From Phycisphaerales bacterium (lineage in GTDB: Bacteria; Planctomycetota; Phycisphaerae; Tepidisphaerales; Tepidisphaeraceae): a DNA stretch of 64,000 nucleotides. The notes beneath the pieces are model-generated. The model ran no database searches. It had not been told where the DNA came from and worked only from the letters and a program-made list of their open reading frames with translations. Location: assembly GCA_020847375.1 (NCBI GenBank), contig JADLCB010000002.1:11877-75876 (forward strand). The letters run 5' to 3'. Positions 61,344 to 64,000 of this stretch are shown here, in pieces (position 1 is the stretch's first letter; each line of letters starts with the position of its first letter). The translations under genes were made by a program, and so were the position numbers.

Positions 61344-64000
61344 TTATTCTTTCGTTTTCGGTTGTCCATCCGTCGGTGGCTCGCCACTGGCCATCCGCTG
61401 ATACAGGGCGATGCGCTCATCAATCTGCTGACGCGCCTTGCCCACCAGCACATCGTAGCGCTGCTTGTCCATCTGTTCGACCATGCGGAAGCGCGTTTCA
61501 TTGCGCATGTATTCCGTCAAATCGCCCTTGGGCAACGACGAATCGAGCTGCATGGCGGGTTTATTCTGCTCTGTCAGGCGCGGATCGTAGCGATAGAGCG
61601 GCCAGTAGCCCGTATCCACCGCCAGCTTCTGCTGATTCAATCCAGCCGCCAGATCATAACCATGAGCAATGCAGTGGCTGTAGGCGATAATCAGCGATGG
61701 TCCCGGATAACTTTCGGCTTCACGCAGCGCCTTGAGTGTCTGGGCATCTTTGGCGCCAAAGGCAATCTTGGCGACATAGACATTGCCGTAACTCATCGCC
61801 ATCAACCCCAGGTCTTTTTTACCGCTGGATTTACCCAGCGCCGCGAACTTGGCGGCTGCGCCGATGGGTGTGGCTTTGGATGCCTGACCGCCGGTATTGG
61901 AATAAACCTCGGTGTCCATCACCAGGATGTTGACATCCTGACCGGTGGACAGCACATGATCCAGACCGCCGAAACCAATGTCGTACGCCCAACCATCGCC
62001 GCCGAGAATCCAGACCGTCTTGCGCACCAGATAATCAGCCAGCAACTCCAATCGCCGCGCCAGTGGCGCATCAATCGCTGCCAATCGGGAGCGCAATTGC
62101 TCAACCCGGCTGCGCTGTTGGGCGATGCCGGCTTCTTCCCAATCCTGATGAGTCAGCAATTCATCCACCAGTGTCTGACCGATGGGTTCTGCCAGACTCA
62201 CCAGCAACCGGCGGGCTTCGTCGGTCAGGGCATCAACGCCCAGACGCATGCCCAGACCAAACTCCGCGTTATCCTCAAACAGCGAATTGGCCCAGGCTGG
62301 CCCGCGACCTTCGGGGGTCTGGCAGTACGGGGTGGTGGGCAGATTCCCACCATAGATGCTGGAACAACCCGTCGCATTGGCAATGAGCATGCGATCGCCA
62401 AACAGTTGCGTCAGCAGTTTGATGTAAGGCGTTTCGCCACAACCGGAGCAGGCGCCGGAATACTCAAACAGAGGCTGGAAAAACTGGCTGCCCTTGATAT
62501 CAAGACGAATGCGCGTCCGGTCAACTTCCGGCAGCTTCAGGAAGAAATCATAATTTTCACTCTCCTGCTGGCGCAGGGGAAGCTGGTCAACCATGTTGAT
62601 GGCTTTGTGTTTGGGTTGGGCTTTGTCCTTGGCTGGACAGACATCAACACAAAGGCTGCAGCCGGTGCAGTCCAGCGGCGAAACCTGAAGGGTATAGATA
62701 CTGCCGCGCAGATCGGGCGCTTTATACGGCACATGGGCAAAGGTCGCTGGCGCATCCGCCAGTTCCGAAGGATCGTAGACCTTGGCACGAATGGCTGCAT
62801 GTGGGCAGACCATGGCGCACTTGTTGCACTGGATGCACAGTTCCTTGTCCCAGGCGGGAATCTGATCCGCCAGATTGCGCTTTTCCCACTGGCTGGTCGC
62901 GGTCGGCCAGGTTCCATCGACCGGAAAGGCGCTGACCGGCAGCAGATCACCCTTGCCGGCCAGCATGACGGCGCTGATGCGCTTGACGAAATCGGGCGCG
63001 TTGTCGCTGATCAATGGTGGCATGCGGCGCGCCGAGGTGGCGACGGACGGAATCTCCACCTGATGCAGATGCGCCAGCGTCTGATCCACCGCGGCGAAGT
63101 TGCGCTGGACCACTTCCTGACCCTTGCGACCATATGTTTTTTCAATCGACTTTTTGATCTGTCCAATCGCTTCATCGCGCCGAAGCACACCGCTGATGGC
63201 AAAGAAACACGTCTGCATCACCGTATTGATGCGTCCGCGCATGCCGCTGTCACGGGCGACTTTCAGCGCATCGATCACGAACAGGCGCAGCTTCTTTTCG
63301 ATGATCTGCTGCTGAAGCTCGACGGGCAGTTCGTCCCACGCCTGCTGAGGCGCAAAGGGTGTATTGAGCAGCACCGTCGCACCGTTTCCGGCGTAGCTGA
63401 GCATTTCATATTTGTCGAGGAAGGTCGATTGATGAATGGCGACAAAATTGGCCTGGCCTTCGGCGATAAGATAACTGCTGCGAATCGGCCGCGGGCCAAA
63501 GCGCAGGTGGCTGATGGTTATGGCGCCGGATTTCTTGGAATCATAGACAAAATAACCCTGGGCGTAGTTGTCGGTTTCTTCGCCGATGATTTTGATCGTG
63601 TTCTTGTTGGCGCCAACTGTTCCATCAGCGCCCAGACCAAAGAAGACCGCCCGAAAAACATCATCGGCTTCGGTGGTAAAACCCGGATCAACCTTCAGCG
63701 ACAAACCCGTCACATCATCATTAATCCCAACGGTGAAACGGCGTTGTGGTTGCTGGGCGTGCATCTGATCATAAACGGCCTTGACCATCGCGGGCGTGAA
63801 TTCCTTGCTGGACAACCCGTAACGACCACCGATGGTGGGAATCTGCCGCCCGGCTTCAAACAGGGCGCTGACCACATCCAGATAAAGTGGTTCGCCACCA
63901 GCACCGGGTTCCTTGGTGCGATCCAGCACCGCGATATGCGTGCAACTGGTGGGAATCGCCTGCAGCAGCGCGGTTGTATCAAACGGCCGATACAAGCGAA
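61344..64000 (-). CDS. nifJ: Pyruvate:ferredoxin (flavodoxin) oxidoreductase, C-terminal ~880 residues (the gene continues beyond the right edge)
   Basis: Ferredoxin-type motifs CIQCNKCAMVCPHAAIR and CTGCSLCVDVCP, plus the TPP-binding GDGWAYDIGFGGLDHV. The frame is still open at 64000, and full-length PFOR is about 1200 aa. Confidence 0.95.
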   Translation of the reverse strand, partial: RLYRPFDTTALLQAIPTSCTHIAVLDRTKEPGAGGEPLYLDVVSALFEAGRQIPTIGGRYGLSSKEFTPAMVKAVYDQMHAQQPQRRFTVGINDDVTGLSLKVDPGFTTEADDVFRAVFFGLGADGTVGANKNTIKIIGEETDNYAQGYFVYDSKKSGAITISHLRFGPRPIRSSYLIAEGQANFVAIHQSTFLDKYEMLSYAGNGATVLLNTPFAPQQAWDELPVELQQQIIEKKLRLFVIDALKVARDSGMRGRINTVMQTCFFAISGVLRRDEAIGQIKKSIEKTYGRKGQEVVQRNFAAVDQTLAHLHQVEIPSVATSARRMPPLISDNAPDFVKRISAVMLAGKGDLLPVSAFPVDGTWPTATSQWEKRNLADQIPAWDKELCIQCNKCAMVCPHAAIRAKVYDPSELADAPATFAHVPYKAPDLRGSIYTLQVSPLDCTGCSLCVDVCPAKDKAQPKHKAINMVDQLPLRQQESENYDFFLKLPEVDRTRIRLDIKGSQFFQPLFEYSGACSGCGETPYIKLLTQLFGDRMLIANATGCSSIYGGNLPTTPYCQTPEGRGPAWANSLFEDNAEFGLGMRLGVDALTDEARRLLVSLAEPIGQTLVDELLTHQDWEEAGIAQQRSRVEQLRSRLAAIDAPLARRLELLADYLVRKTVWILGGDGWAYDIGFGGLDHVLSTGQDVNILVMDTEVYSNTGGQASKATPIGAAAKFAALGKSSGKKDLGLMAMSYGNVYVAKIAFGAKDAQTLKALREAESYPGPSLIIAYSHCIAHGYDLAAGLNQQKLAVDTGYWPLYRYDPRLTEQNKPAMQLDSSLPKGDLTEYMRNETRFRMVEQMDKQRYDVLVGKARQQIDERIALYQRMASGEPPTDGQPKTKE

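Overview
This 64-kb chromosomal window has moderately high GC and reads like a Planctomycetota genome. Supporting signs are a DUF1559/prepilin-type N-terminal methylation protein, prenyltransferase-repeat and NPCBM-like secreted proteins, giant low-complexity membrane-anchored proteins, and frequent GTG/TTG starts. I call about 50 protein-coding genes. I recognised no rRNA, tRNA, CRISPR array, integrase or transposase. Most of the window is housekeeping. It holds a flagellar rod operon (flgF-flgG-flgA, with flgA running off the left edge), rplU, purE, panE, rho, coaE, phoH plus a 7TM-HD phosphodiesterase, ribH, hldE, uppS, and a PFOR (nifJ) operon that runs off the right edge. Accessory or unusual content is as follows. 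(1) The best candidate for an undescribed system is a four-gene same-strand cassette at 54.4-58.1 kb: a double-HTH protein, a minimal soluble ABC-type ATPase, a GNAT-like acyltransferase and an intact terminase-large-subunit-like ATPase/nuclease. There are no phage structural genes anywhere in the window. The cassette is preceded by a 6 x 63-bp phased tandem array, its genes are separated by a family of long nested-palindrome REP-like elements, and it is followed by an AT-rich block. (2) A hotdog dehydratase / long ACP / divergent hotdog triad. (3) A TetR-controlled HlyD/ABC/ABC-2 exporter with an apparently leaderless regulator mRNA. (4) A nitrosative-stress cluster: Rrf2 regulator, RIC, hemerythrin, radical SAM/SPASM, PNPOx-like protein, and a DUF1858-NnrS-DUF1858 fusion with a Cys-rich tail. 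(5) A TPR/beta-barrel protein paired with a FecR-domain protein that carries a near-perfect 114-bp triplication. (6) ComEC interrupted by two in-frame TGA codons. (7) Two giant membrane-anchored proteins of unknown function. All functional calls rest on motif recognition by eye in the supplied translations. No database search was run.
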